From positions 192,001-256,000 of the forward strand of contig CBDBKE010000001.1 in assembly GCA_965206645.1 (NCBI GenBank): a stretch of 64,000 nucleotides of DNA, given 5' to 3'. A program made the position numbers and the translations under genes. This document shows, piece after piece, positions 51,230 through 61,043 of the stretch. Within the stretch, counting starts at the first letter, position 1. Each line of letters opens with the position of its first letter. This DNA comes from Terriglobia bacterium. Lineage in GTDB: Bacteria > Acidobacteriota > Terriglobia > JAJPHL01 > JAPKYU01. The notes below the pieces were generated by a model, which saw only the letters and a program-made list of their open reading frames with translations, searched no databases and was not told the origin of the DNA.

Positions 51230-53524
51230 TCAAGCCGAAATGGCTTTGCCGATTTGCACCAGGCCAGACTTGGGCGGCGCCAGACCGAAGCTGAGGACGT
51301 CCATCGGGCAGACGGTGACGCAGATGCCGCAGCCGATGCAACTGGAGTTGGCGTTGGTAATGGACTCCTGCTTGAGCGCAAAGCGCATCACGTCAATTCC
51401 CACCAGGCAGTTGCGGGTGCACTCGCCGCAGGCGATGCATTTTTCGTTGGAGGCAATGCGGTAGCGGCTGATGCTCAGCCGGGCGTAGGCGTGGCTGAAC
51501 AGCTCCATCATCTTGGCCAGCGGGCACCAGTAGCGGCACCAGACTTTGCCGCCAAAAAACGGATATAGCGTCAGCGGAAGAATGCCTACCAGCCAGATAT
51601 CGGCGACTATCCGGTAGATGTAGATGCCCCGCTGGGCGGGCTTGTTGAACGCCTCCACAACATCGCGGCCCAGCATCATCGCGGTGATCACGATGGCCGC
51701 AGTGAAAACAACCCAGTTCATCTTCTCCCAGCGCAGGCTGGCTTTGCCCTTGGGCGCCAAGTGGCGCCAGCGGTCCCCAAGTGTTTCGGCCAGACCGCCA
51801 CAGCCGCAGATCCAGGAGCAGTACCGCTTGCCGTGCCAGACGACCATCAGCGGGATGATGCCGAAAGCCAGCAACACCCCCCAGATCACCCAAATCTGGT
51901 GAGGATTGTAGAAGAAGTTGTAGAAGAACAGCGGCCAGGCATAGACGATGCCGTAGCTGCGCCAGCTTTGCTCGGCAAAGGTGGGGTCGCTGGCCAGCCG
52001 CTCACCTACCCACTGGTGCCGGATGGCCCACTGGAACAGGAATTCCGGCACCAGGAAAAAGAAGATCCATTGGAAGCCAATCAGGCTGGAGAAGCGCCAG
52101 ATTTGGAATTTGTCCTGCCGGTCCAGGCCCCAGCGCTTCAGTGCCTGCAAGCCGAAGAAGGTCATCACCACGGTATAGAGCACCGTGTACCAAAACTGGA
52201 CCGGGCGGTTGCCGAAATCGATCCAGTGGTAGGCCCAGCCTGTATAAGGCCAGAACTCCTGGTCCGGGCCAACCTTGATCCCGTACAGCGAGTAGAAGCT
52301 TAAGAAGGTAACGCCCAGCAACGACCACCGCCGGCCCCGCACTGCGGTCGCCAGCAAGGTGCCGAACGCGCCCAGCGCCACCAGACCGCCGAGCCAGCGG
52401 GGCATTTGCCGCGCCACGTCCAGCGAAGCCTGGCCGCCCATGACCCACAACCCCAGCAGGGTGGCCACCACCAGCGCCGCTGACCTCCCCAGGCTGCCCG
52501 TCCACTCGTTTTCCAGCCTCAGCCCCAACGACTTCAAGAATTGCCCGGGAAACTCCGAACCGGCCAGCACAAACGCGTGGCTGTAGGGGACTCTTTCGTT
52601 GGTTGTCTTGCCGTCTTTCTCGATTTTAAGGGTGGCCTCCTGCTCCCCGAACTCGGTGACGGCGGAGCTGAAAATGGGCCGAAGGCGCCTGGCAGCAATG
52701 GCTTCATTGAGCTGGCGCTCGTTGTCCTTGAAGAGCCGATAGAACTGCTCGCCGCGGTAGCTGAGCGTGACCTCGTTGCGCTCGCTCAGGGTGAGGGCGG
52801 CTTCAGCTGCTGTGTTGCCGCCGCCGACTACCAGAATCTGCTCGTCATGGTACAGCTTCGGACTAAAGAGGCGGTGATAGACGCGCTCTTGCTCCTCGCC
52901 GGGAACTCCCAACCAGCGGGGGTTGCCCCGCTGTCCGGTGGCCAGGACGATCCGCTGGGCCTGGTACTGTTTTCCCTGCTCCGTATGCAGTGTGAAGCTG
53001 CCGTCCTTGTGGCGGTTGATGCTTTTCAGTCCGTCGCCGGCATGAACCTCCAGGTCGTGATCGCGGATGATCTGGTTCCAGCGTTCGATCAGCGTTTCCT
53101 TGGTGGCCCCGTCCAGCCAGAGCTTGCCCTTGGGCGGGGTGTCGTCCGGCTCGGCGTAGATCCACTTGCCCTCAGGAAAGTCCTCGATGGTGTTGGCGAT
53201 CTTGTTCTTCTCCAACACCAGGCAGCGCAGCCCCTTGTCTTTGGCTGCCAGCGCCGCATTCAAGCCGGCGGCTCCGGTACCCACCACAATCACGTTGTAC
53301 ACGTTCGGGTCACTGGAGCGAGTCTCCAGCTTCCGGGCGATGTGCTCAATGACTTCCACGCCCTGCTCCATGGCCAGCTTGATCACCGGCGCCCCAGCAA
53401 GGTCGCCGATGACGTACAGACCAGGGATATTGGACTCGCGATGCTGGTTGAGATCCGGGCGCCGAGCCGCCCCGTTGGCCGTCTCGAAGATCCCTTCCAT
53501 CCAGCGTTGGAGTTTTCCGAGCAT
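51230..53524 (-). CDS. TrxB/YpdA-like FAD/NAD(P)H oxidoreductase fused to NapH/CcoG-like membrane polyferredoxin
   Basis: GLYVIGD, GTGAAG, LATG..P..LGVPGE, VGGGNTA; multiple TM helices; CSWICGCG, CRYWCP; CIACGECTRNC and CIGCGICVTVCP. Confidence 0.85.
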   Translation of the reverse strand: MLGKLQRWMEGIFETANGAARRPDLNQHRESNIPGLYVIGDLAGAPVIKLAMEQGVEVIEHIARKLETRSSDPNVYNVIVVGTGAAGLNAALAAKDKGLRCLVLEKNKIANTIEDFPEGKWIYAEPDDTPPKGKLWLDGATKETLIERWNQIIRDHDLEVHAGDGLKSINRHKDGSFTLHTEQGKQYQAQRIVLATGQRGNPRWLGVPGEEQERVYHRLFSPKLYHDEQILVVGGGNTAAEAALTLSERNEVTLSYRGEQFYRLFKDNERQLNEAIAARRLRPIFSSAVTEFGEQEATLKIEKDGKTTNERVPYSHAFVLAGSEFPGQFLKSLGLRLENEWTGSLGRSAALVVATLLGLWVMGGQASLDVARQMPRWLGGLVALGAFGTLLATAVRGRRWSLLGVTFLSFYSLYGIKVGPDQEFWPYTGWAYHWIDFGNRPVQFWYTVLYTVVMTFFGLQALKRWGLDRQDKFQIWRFSSLIGFQWIFFFLVPEFLFQWAIRHQWVGERLASDPTFAEQSWRSYGIVYAWPLFFYNFFYNPHQIWVIWGVLLAFGIIPLMVVWHGKRYCSWICGCGGLAETLGDRWRHLAPKGKASLRWEKMNWVVFTAAIVITAMMLGRDVVEAFNKPAQRGIYIYRIVADIWLVGILPLTLYPFFGGKVWCRYWCPLAKMMELFSHAYARLSISRYRIASNEKCIACGECTRNCLVGIDVMRFALKQESITNANSSCIGCGICVTVCPMDVLSFGLAPPKSGLVQIGKAISA

Positions 53525-53532
53525 CTTTTGTT

Positions 53533-54282
53533 TTAATGGATGGGATGCTCCTTTTGCCAGCGGGCGGCCTCGGATTCAAACGACGGGGTCACCGCTGCGC
53601 CACAACCCAGGCAGGATTGAGCGGACGGGTGGTTGTGGTAGCCGCACTTGGGACACTCGGTGAAGGAATGGGTGTGGGGAACCTTGCGCAGACCCTTTGG
53701 AACGCCCTCGGGGAGCTGGCTCATTTGGCCAGAGGGTCGAGTGACCAGAACCAAGTAACCCGCCGCGTTCAAGAACAATCCGACGAAGAACCAGCGAACC
53801 GGCGGCAGGGCTTTCTGCACGGCCTGGTGCGCGCAGGCGCCTGCAAAGACCACCCCCAGCAGGACGTAGAGACCGGCGAAGAACCAGAACGGCGAGAGAG
53901 CCACCTGATCCCCTCGGGCGCTCAGGAAGGCGCCACCCGGCTTGAGCTGCGAAAGCCATCGACGCGGCTGGGCGCTTAGATGTTGCTGGCACGCTCCCAG
54001 GTGAACGGCGACGCGCTGGCCCTGCACCATATACACCACATCCCCCTCGTGCAGTCGTTCGTTGCAGACCACACAGAACTCCCCGGGCTCCGGTTCGACC
54101 CGCTTGCCTACCACCTTCCCGCCTACCATCAATTCATCCGGCGCTTCCGCCGGCGCGCCGCTGGTTGGGGGCATCATTCCCTTTTGCGGCGGCATCTCAA
54201 GGATGTGGCCGTGCTGCGCCATTACCATTTGCCCCGCCGCCAGGGCAAAGCCAATCATCGCTACTCGCGTCCAGAGAATCAT
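53533..54282 (-). CDS. Membrane protein with YHS/TRASH-like metal motif and C-terminal double zinc ribbon
   Basis: Signal peptide, CVVC..QG..HLGAC, two TM helices, CPKCG..N..C..CG. Confidence 0.7.
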   Translation of the reverse strand: MILWTRVAMIGFALAAGQMVMAQHGHILEMPPQKGMMPPTSGAPAEAPDELMVGGKVVGKRVEPEPGEFCVVCNERLHEGDVVYMVQGQRVAVHLGACQQHLSAQPRRWLSQLKPGGAFLSARGDQVALSPFWFFAGLYVLLGVVFAGACAHQAVQKALPPVRWFFVGLFLNAAGYLVLVTRPSGQMSQLPEGVPKGLRKVPHTHSFTECPKCGYHNHPSAQSCLGCGAAVTPSFESEAARWQKEHPIH

Positions 54283-54508
54283 GACCACATCGCCGTTTCT
54301 GTGCGCTCCACGACAGAGGCACAAACGAACACACAAATACTCTACATGATTCTTGGTGCCCAGGGCACCAGGGGAAATGTTTCCCCAGCGCGGCCCGACC
54401 TTAACCTTGGAGCAAAAATCCGGGGAGCGATAGTTCTTGGAGCGATCGTCCGGCAGACTGCCGCCACATGCAGGTGCAAGCGTTTGAACCGACATTTTCA
54501 ACGCGGCG

Positions 54509-57188
54509 TCAGCGAACCGGAATCGTGGCGGGTAGATCGGGATTGCTCACAATCCCGTTCTGGCGGATTTCGACCAGCACGGCGGCGCCCGGCGCCACCG
54601 TGGACGGCAGTACGGCGTTTACTTGGTACAGCCCTACAAATCCGGGCGCGAGACCTTGATAAGCCACCGGAGCCTCGACGCCGCCGATCGTCACCGTCAC
54701 CGGGAGCAACACTGTGCTGAAGGCAGGCGCGGCTTCGCCCGTGGCAGCCGGCGGATCGGTGACCCCCGGACCCGTCGTGAAGATTTGGAGCGTGTCGCCT
54801 CGCTGCGCCGGGTTCTCGGCCGTGATGGCACGCGATTGTCCGTCCAGGATCGCCCCGTTTGCCCCCGCAATGAATATCCCCGGCTGCGCCGGCGCGATCA
54901 GATAACTCTGCGGCGCGGTCAGTTGTCCGTTCACGTTCACGACGACCGAAACGCTGTCCCCGGACTGCAAGCTATAAGGGACCTGCGCGTTGATCTGCCC
55001 CGGCCCCGCGAAATACAGAGGGATGTCCTCCGTCCCGATGCGCACACTCACCCCACTCAATGTCCGCTCCAAGGGCAACTGGGTGGCAACGGTATTGACG
55101 GCGGCAAATCCCAACCCGAAGATCGAGATGATCCCGCCGGGCGAGAGCGGCCGCCGGGACGTGAAGCCGGCGCCTTCCACGACGCCGTCCGGCGACAACA
55201 CCGGCAAGCTCGCCAGCCCAGCCGCCGCCGAAGCAGCAACCGTGATCGTCCGTTCGACCGTCGCGTACGTCCCATGCAGCGCCACAAACGTCATCGTCAC
55301 CTCGGCCGCCTCACTTACCGGCACCCAGGTGCCGCTGTAGAAGCCATCGCCGAGCGACGCCATCGAGATGTTCAAGCCCTCCACGGCGGCTACCACTGTG
55401 GCGTCGCTCAGGCCCGAGCCGCAGGAGTCTACCACCGTCGCCAGCAGCGGGCGTGGGAACGAGACCGGCACCACCGATCCGGTTCCGACCGAGGTGACCA
55501 CCATTTCCATCGACTCCGCCGCGCATTGGGCCGCTCTCGGAAGCTCCCGCGCCACGACAAACGGAAACCCGGCATAGATGAGCACGACCTCCACCACCCG
55601 CGTGCCGCCGGGCGCGAACGTAGCCGTAATCCGGCCCCGGTAAGTCCCCAGGGGCAATTCCGTGAGATCGATTTCGACACTGACGTTTGCCGCCTGCGCC
55701 GAAACAACGCCGCTCGACGGGGTGATCGAAAGCCAGTTACCCCCCGTCTCGGTCATGGTCTGGAACTGGAACGTCGCCGAACCACCGCCGGTGTTCCCGG
55801 CAAACAGGTCATTCACCGGAATTTCGATTTCACCTTCCTGGATGACAAATAGCAGGCCGTGGGAGGAAAGCTCCGGCGATGCCGGTGTCGCCGCGGGAGC
55901 CACGTTCAGCGTCACCGTAACCAATTGCGGATCGTTCGCCGCCCCCGGCGCCGAGACCGGAACCAGCGCATGATAGACGCCCGCACTCAGTCCTGCCGTG
56001 CTGATGCTCAGCACCGTCGACGACGCGCCTGTCCGCCCGGCGGTCGCGGTCCCCGACAACTCCGAAAACTGCAGCCAGTTCTGGAGAGCCGTCAAATTAG
56101 CCGGGATCGTCCAGTTCAAGTCGCCGAGGCCGCCATTAATGATCCGCAGCGCTTGCGGTGGCGGCGTGCCGCCTGCCGCCGTCCGGAAGACGAACGACGA
56201 CTGGCTCAGCAGCAAGCGGCTGCCGGCGGGACTCGCCACCACCGTCACCGGCACGCGCACCGAGCCCCCGCCCGCGGTATTCTCGATCAGGATCTCGGCC
56301 TGATACGTGCCCGGCGTGGGAAACGCCCCGAAATTCACGTCCAGGATCAGAGCAGATGGCAGAATTACGGTCGCCGTTCCGCTCGGCGGAGAAGCGACCA
56401 GCCACCCCGTTCCGTTCAGCAGCGTCACCGAAGCGCGCCAGATCAGTGTCCCTCCGCTGGCGCGGATTTGCAGTGCCTGGCGTTGCGTAGCTCCTCCCAC
56501 GAGGCCGGCCAACCTCAGCGACTCCGGGCGAACGCGGGGCGGGGCGGCCGACACACCGGCGGCCTCATCGACCACCACATTGTCGAACGTCTGGCTCGAA
56601 AAGTCGTACAGCGCGATCTGTCCGCTGGCAAAGGCATTGGTCGTGATCGTTGTAGCCGGCTCCGAGGCGCCATCCACATACGCGGAGTAGGTATTGCCCA
56701 CAACCTCGACGCGAATACGCGGGTCGCTGACGCCCGGGGTGAACAGGCCGCTGACAATATTGAATGCGCCGCCATAGGTGTTCCCATCGGTAACGACATG
56801 CCAATACAGCCCATTCCCGCCACTAAAGAAGCCTCCATTCACCAGTAAGACACCCGTTCTCCCAACGGATGTCCCCGGAGCCAGAGCGCTGCGGAGCCAT
56901 ACTCCGCCATCCCCCACATCGTTGATGTCGAGCTCGACCGAAAAATCGGTAAGGGCGAATGGGAGTGATGAATGAGCATTCGGGAAGTTGGTGAGAATTG
57001 TGGCCTTGTAGACGCCCCCCGCCGCGGTCCAAGCACCGATCTCGTTACCCCATTGTGGCGAAGCTCCGGAAGAAAAGTCGTCCGTAAAGATGATTTCACA
57101 TCGGCCAGTGCTAGCGGCAGAAGGCGAGTCCCGATGAGGAAACCAACGCAAATGTTGTTAGCAAGATCGCCCACCGTAGGAGGCGCAC
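54509..57188 (-). CDS. Large surface protein (lectin/DUF1080-like domain, BACON-like repeats, TIGR03437 C-terminal domain); signal peptide out of frame
   Basis: WL...P.SG repeats; GVV.GA.F..P..PG.I.SIFG..QINAQVP..APGFVGLYQVN; signal peptide from GTG 57188 lies in a different frame from the 54509-57151 ORF. Confidence 0.8.
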
Positions 57189-57372
57189 GGTAGATTTTAG
57201 GCTCCTCGGAATTTTCTTGCTAGCGGCAGAAGGCGTTTGAAGGCGGATCACGTGCAGGAGCAAGGGAACCAGCACCCGGGATTTTGGAGCTTCAAAAAGA
57301 GACAGTCGTCGGAACGCTAGCGTCACGCGCCTGGGTGGCGGCCGCGACTCTAGGCAAACACTCTAGGCGCGG

Positions 57373-57633
57373 CTACTTCTTGTACCAGGCGGCATTGATC
57401 TCGGTGAAGTTGTTCCACTTCTCCGGCAGGTCATCCAGGGCGAAGATTGCCGTGACCGGGCAGACGGGCACGCAAGCCCCGCAATCAATGCACTCCACCG
57501 GGTCAATGTAGAGCATCTCGACGCCCTCGTACTCAGCCTCATCCTTCTTCGGATGGATGCAGTCCACCGGGCAAGCGTCCACGCAGGCAGTATCCTTCGT
57601 CCCGATACAGGGCTCGGCAATCACATATACCAT
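57373..57633 (-). CDS. Ferredoxin (7Fe FdxA-like)
   Basis: YVIAEPCIGTKDTACVDACPVDCIH..CIDCGACVPVCPV; GAGGGGAG RBS. Confidence 0.95.
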   Translation of the reverse strand: MVYVIAEPCIGTKDTACVDACPVDCIHPKKDEAEYEGVEMLYIDPVECIDCGACVPVCPVTAIFALDDLPEKWNNFTEINAAWYKK

Positions 57634-57900
57634 CGGCGAACTCCCCTCAGGTCCCCAGCTTCAACTCAGCTTTCCACCAGAATCGCCGAGGAACCAGGCC
57701 TCTACGGAGAGAATACACTACCCTCCCCGCTAGATGCAAGTTATGAAAGATGACACCCTAGCAGAGGGCTTGGGTGTCCGCAAGTGCAAAGGAGCGAACG
57801 GCAAAGCCGCAGCAGTAAACGGCGCGCCGGCGAGGGCCACCCCATCCGGGGAGCTGAGTGACTCAACGCCAGCGGCTCGGACATCGTCTTTGCTAGCAGG

Positions 57901-59694
57901 ATGAACCCCGGCATGATGAGGACCGGAATTGCTGCCGCGGGCCGGATCCTGTGCGCCCAGATTCTGTGCGCTTTGCTGCTGTTGCCAGCGCTGGGTCAGG
58001 CTGCCGACCGGCAGGCCCAGCGGGCCTACCGCGAGGGACAGCGCCTGGAAAAGGCGGGTAAGCTTCGCGAGGCTCTGGACGCTTACAAGCGCGCCGCTGA
58101 ACTTGCGCCCAGGGACCCCCGCATGATCCTGCACCGCGAGATGGCCCGCCAGCGCGTAGCGTTCCAGCACGTGAGCGCCGGCCTGCGCCTGGTCCGCCAG
58201 AAACGCTACGCCGAAGCGGTGAGCCAGTTTGAGCAGGCATCGGAACTGGACTCCTCCAACGAATTCGCACGCCAGCAACTGGAGCGTGCCCGGGAAGCGG
58301 CAGACTTGGCGGCAGGGCGGCAGCAACGCCCGGCCCCTGCTCCCAGGTTGCCGGCGATCGAACCCTTGCTGGCCTTGCAGCCGCGCCCGGTGCGTCGTGC
58401 CTGGAACCTGCGCGGTGACCCGCGCGCTCTGTACCTGGCCTTGGGCGCCTTCTACGGAATCCAGTTTGAATTTGAGGACGCGGTCTCACGTGCTCGTACG
58501 CGATTCCATCTAGAAGAAGCCGATTTTGCTACCGCCGCTCGCGTCCTGGCCACCGTCACCGGGACCATCATCGCGGCGCTGGCGGAACAGGTGGCGCTGG
58601 TGGCTCCCGATACCCCCCAGAACAGGAAGCAGTTCGAGCGCCAGGTGTTGCAGCACTTGGTGGTGAACGAACTGGCTACGCCGGAGGCGATCACCGAAGT
58701 CGCCACCGCACTGCGGGCGCTGCTGGAGATGAAGTTTGTGCGGCCCAACCCGGTACAGAAAGTAATTACGGTGCGCGACACTGCAGCCAAGGTGCGGGCC
58801 GCCGAGCGTCTGGTGCGGATTTTGGATGTGGGCCGCCCCGAAGTGCTACTAGAATTGGAGACCCTGGAGGTGAACTCCCGGCGCGCCCGTGAGCTGGGAG
58901 TGCTCTCCCTCCAACAGACCAGCCTGTTCAAGCTGTCCCCGGTGGACGGTCGGGTGCAGTCGGGCGTGGCAGTCCCCCTGTCGCAGTTGCTCGGGCGCGC
59001 GCGCGCTACCGCCGGCGCCGAGTCCCAACCGCCCCTGGGCACATTTGGCGGAGGTCTCAGCTTCTTTGGCGTGACCCTACCCTTTATCGAATTTCGCGCC
59101 CGGCTCTCCGAGGTGCTGGTGCAGAGGATCTCGACACTGACGGTGCGCGGCAGCGACGGCCAGCCCGCGTCCCTGCTGGTGGGCGAGCGCTTCCCGGTCG
59201 TCAACGCCATCTACTCCCCTGCCTTTGCCGTCGATCTACAGCAAGGGCAGCAGCCGGGGACCTTGATCAACCCCGTCCCGTCGTTCACCTTTGAGGACAT
59301 CGGGATCAAGCTGCAGGTCACACCGCGGATCCACAGTGGGCAGGAGATCTCTTTGCACGTGCAGGCTCAGGCGCGATCGCTGACCGGGCAGACGTTCAGC
59401 GGCCTGCCCAGCTTCAGCAACCGCGAGACGGAGCAGGTGGTGCGGGTTCGCAATGGGCAGGCCACCCTGATCACCGGCGTCCTGTCCCGGGAAGAACGCA
59501 GCTCGCTGGTCGGAACTCCCTTCCTGGCTGAGGTTCCGGTGTTGGGTTACCTGTTTGGGCAGCGCACGCAGGAGACCGCCGAAACCGAGGTGATCATGGT
59601 GCTGACGCCGCACATTCTGCGCGAGCGCGCCGGCCCGCTAGCGGCGCGGGAGATCATCGCCCTGCCGCGGAAGTACGTGCCAGTAGCGCAGTGA
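57901..59694 (+). CDS. Secretin (GspD/PilQ family) with N-terminal TPR
   Basis: Signal peptide, TPR, PEVLLE..LEVN, VGERFP, DIGIKL.VTPRIH, G.PFLAEVPVLGYLF, TE.I..LTPHI. Confidence 0.88.
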   Translation: MNPGMMRTGIAAAGRILCAQILCALLLLPALGQAADRQAQRAYREGQRLEKAGKLREALDAYKRAAELAPRDPRMILHREMARQRVAFQHVSAGLRLVRQKRYAEAVSQFEQASELDSSNEFARQQLERAREAADLAAGRQQRPAPAPRLPAIEPLLALQPRPVRRAWNLRGDPRALYLALGAFYGIQFEFEDAVSRARTRFHLEEADFATAARVLATVTGTIIAALAEQVALVAPDTPQNRKQFERQVLQHLVVNELATPEAITEVATALRALLEMKFVRPNPVQKVITVRDTAAKVRAAERLVRILDVGRPEVLLELETLEVNSRRARELGVLSLQQTSLFKLSPVDGRVQSGVAVPLSQLLGRARATAGAESQPPLGTFGGGLSFFGVTLPFIEFRARLSEVLVQRISTLTVRGSDGQPASLLVGERFPVVNAIYSPAFAVDLQQGQQPGTLINPVPSFTFEDIGIKLQVTPRIHSGQEISLHVQAQARSLTGQTFSGLPSFSNRETEQVVRVRNGQATLITGVLSREERSSLVGTPFLAEVPVLGYLFGQRTQETAETEVIMVLTPHILRERAGPLAAREIIALPRKYVPVAQ

Positions 59695-59866
59695 GCCTGC
59701 GCACCGACGGCTCCCTGTCGGTGGTGGCTCTGCCAGTTCAGACTGCTGAGCCAGTCCCCTTCAGCAAGTCGGACAAAGCTGGAACCTACCGGGTTGTCAT
59801 CCACTTGTTGGACAAGCGGGCATACAATAGTCCCGGCAGGCGACCGCCGCCAGATGAGCAAGCCCT

Positions 59867-60875
59867 ATGTCCATCATGCTTCGCGAAATCGGAGAGCAGC
59901 CGGGAGCGCTCGAGCGCACCTACCAGCGGGAGTTGGGCAAGGTCCGACGATTCCGTACCCTCTCCTCACTGCGCAACTTTCGCCTGGTGGTGCTGGTGGC
60001 TCGGGGCACGTCCGACACCGCCGCCCTATTCGGCCGTTACCTGATCGAAATCACCACCGGTATCCCAGTCTCTCTCTGCGCGCCTTCGGTACACACCCTG
60101 TACCGCAGCGGACTGCGGCTGGAAGGCGCGCTGGCGGTCGGCCTCTCGCAGTCTGGGGAGGATGCGGACGTCAACCTGGTCCTGGAATCCTGTCGCAAGC
60201 AGGGGGCCTACGCCTTGGGCATGACCGTCTTCGATGGTCGGCCTGGTGGACGAGTGCTGGTTCGTTCATGCGGGCAAGGAGCGCGGCGCGGCGGCCACCA
60301 AGACCTACACCAGCCAGCTGCTCCTGCTCTACCTGCTGGCCTGGGGGCTGGGTGGACGCATCGTACTGGAGGACTTGGCGCGACTGCCGGATCACGCCGA
60401 ACGCGCGCTCAAGCTGCGTCCTCAGGTGGAGTCCCTGGTGGAGCGCTACCGCTTTCTTCGGCATGCGGCGGTGGTGGCCCGCGGGCTGAATTACGCCAAC
60501 GCCTGGGAGCTGGCCCTGAAGCTCACGGAAACCTGCGACGTGGTCGCCGAGCGCTGCTCTTCGGCCGTTTTCTTGCCAACTTCTACACGGGTGGAATCCG
60601 GTTTCCCGGTGATCGTTTTCGCGCCGGCCGGCCTGACTCAAGAGGGCACCACCGACATCCTCCGGAGGCTGCAGGAAATGCGCGCTGAAAGCCTAGTCAT
60701 CTCCTGCCGGCCTCTGGACAAGCTGGCGACGCGCCTGCTGCGCATCCCCGTGGCGCTCCAGGAGCTGTACGCACCCATTCCTTACATCGTTCCCGGCCAG
60801 CTTTTCGCCGCCGCGCTGGCTGCCGTCAAAGGCCTGGACCCGGACACCCCGCGCAAGCCTACCAAGCTAAGTTGA
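59867..60875 (+). pseudogene. SIS domain protein (GlmS C-terminal/glucosamine-6-P deaminase-like), frameshifted
   Basis: MLREIGEQP, ARGTSD, SQSGE..D in one frame; AG.E...AATKTYT, RG.NY..A.E.ALKL.E, GLDPD.PR in another; shift near 60227. Confidence 0.8.
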
Positions 60876-61043
60876 ACCCAAGGTTGGAGGGCCGATCTTG
60901 CTGCCGACCCGCAACAAGTGGGAAGATGGAACGACCAGTTGGGCCAGCGTGTCAAAGCAGGCTTGGTGTTCAGGCGCGGACCGGGCGAACGTGACCGGCA
61001 TGCATGCCGCGGTGGGCAAAATAGCTGTGAGGAGATCCTTCCA

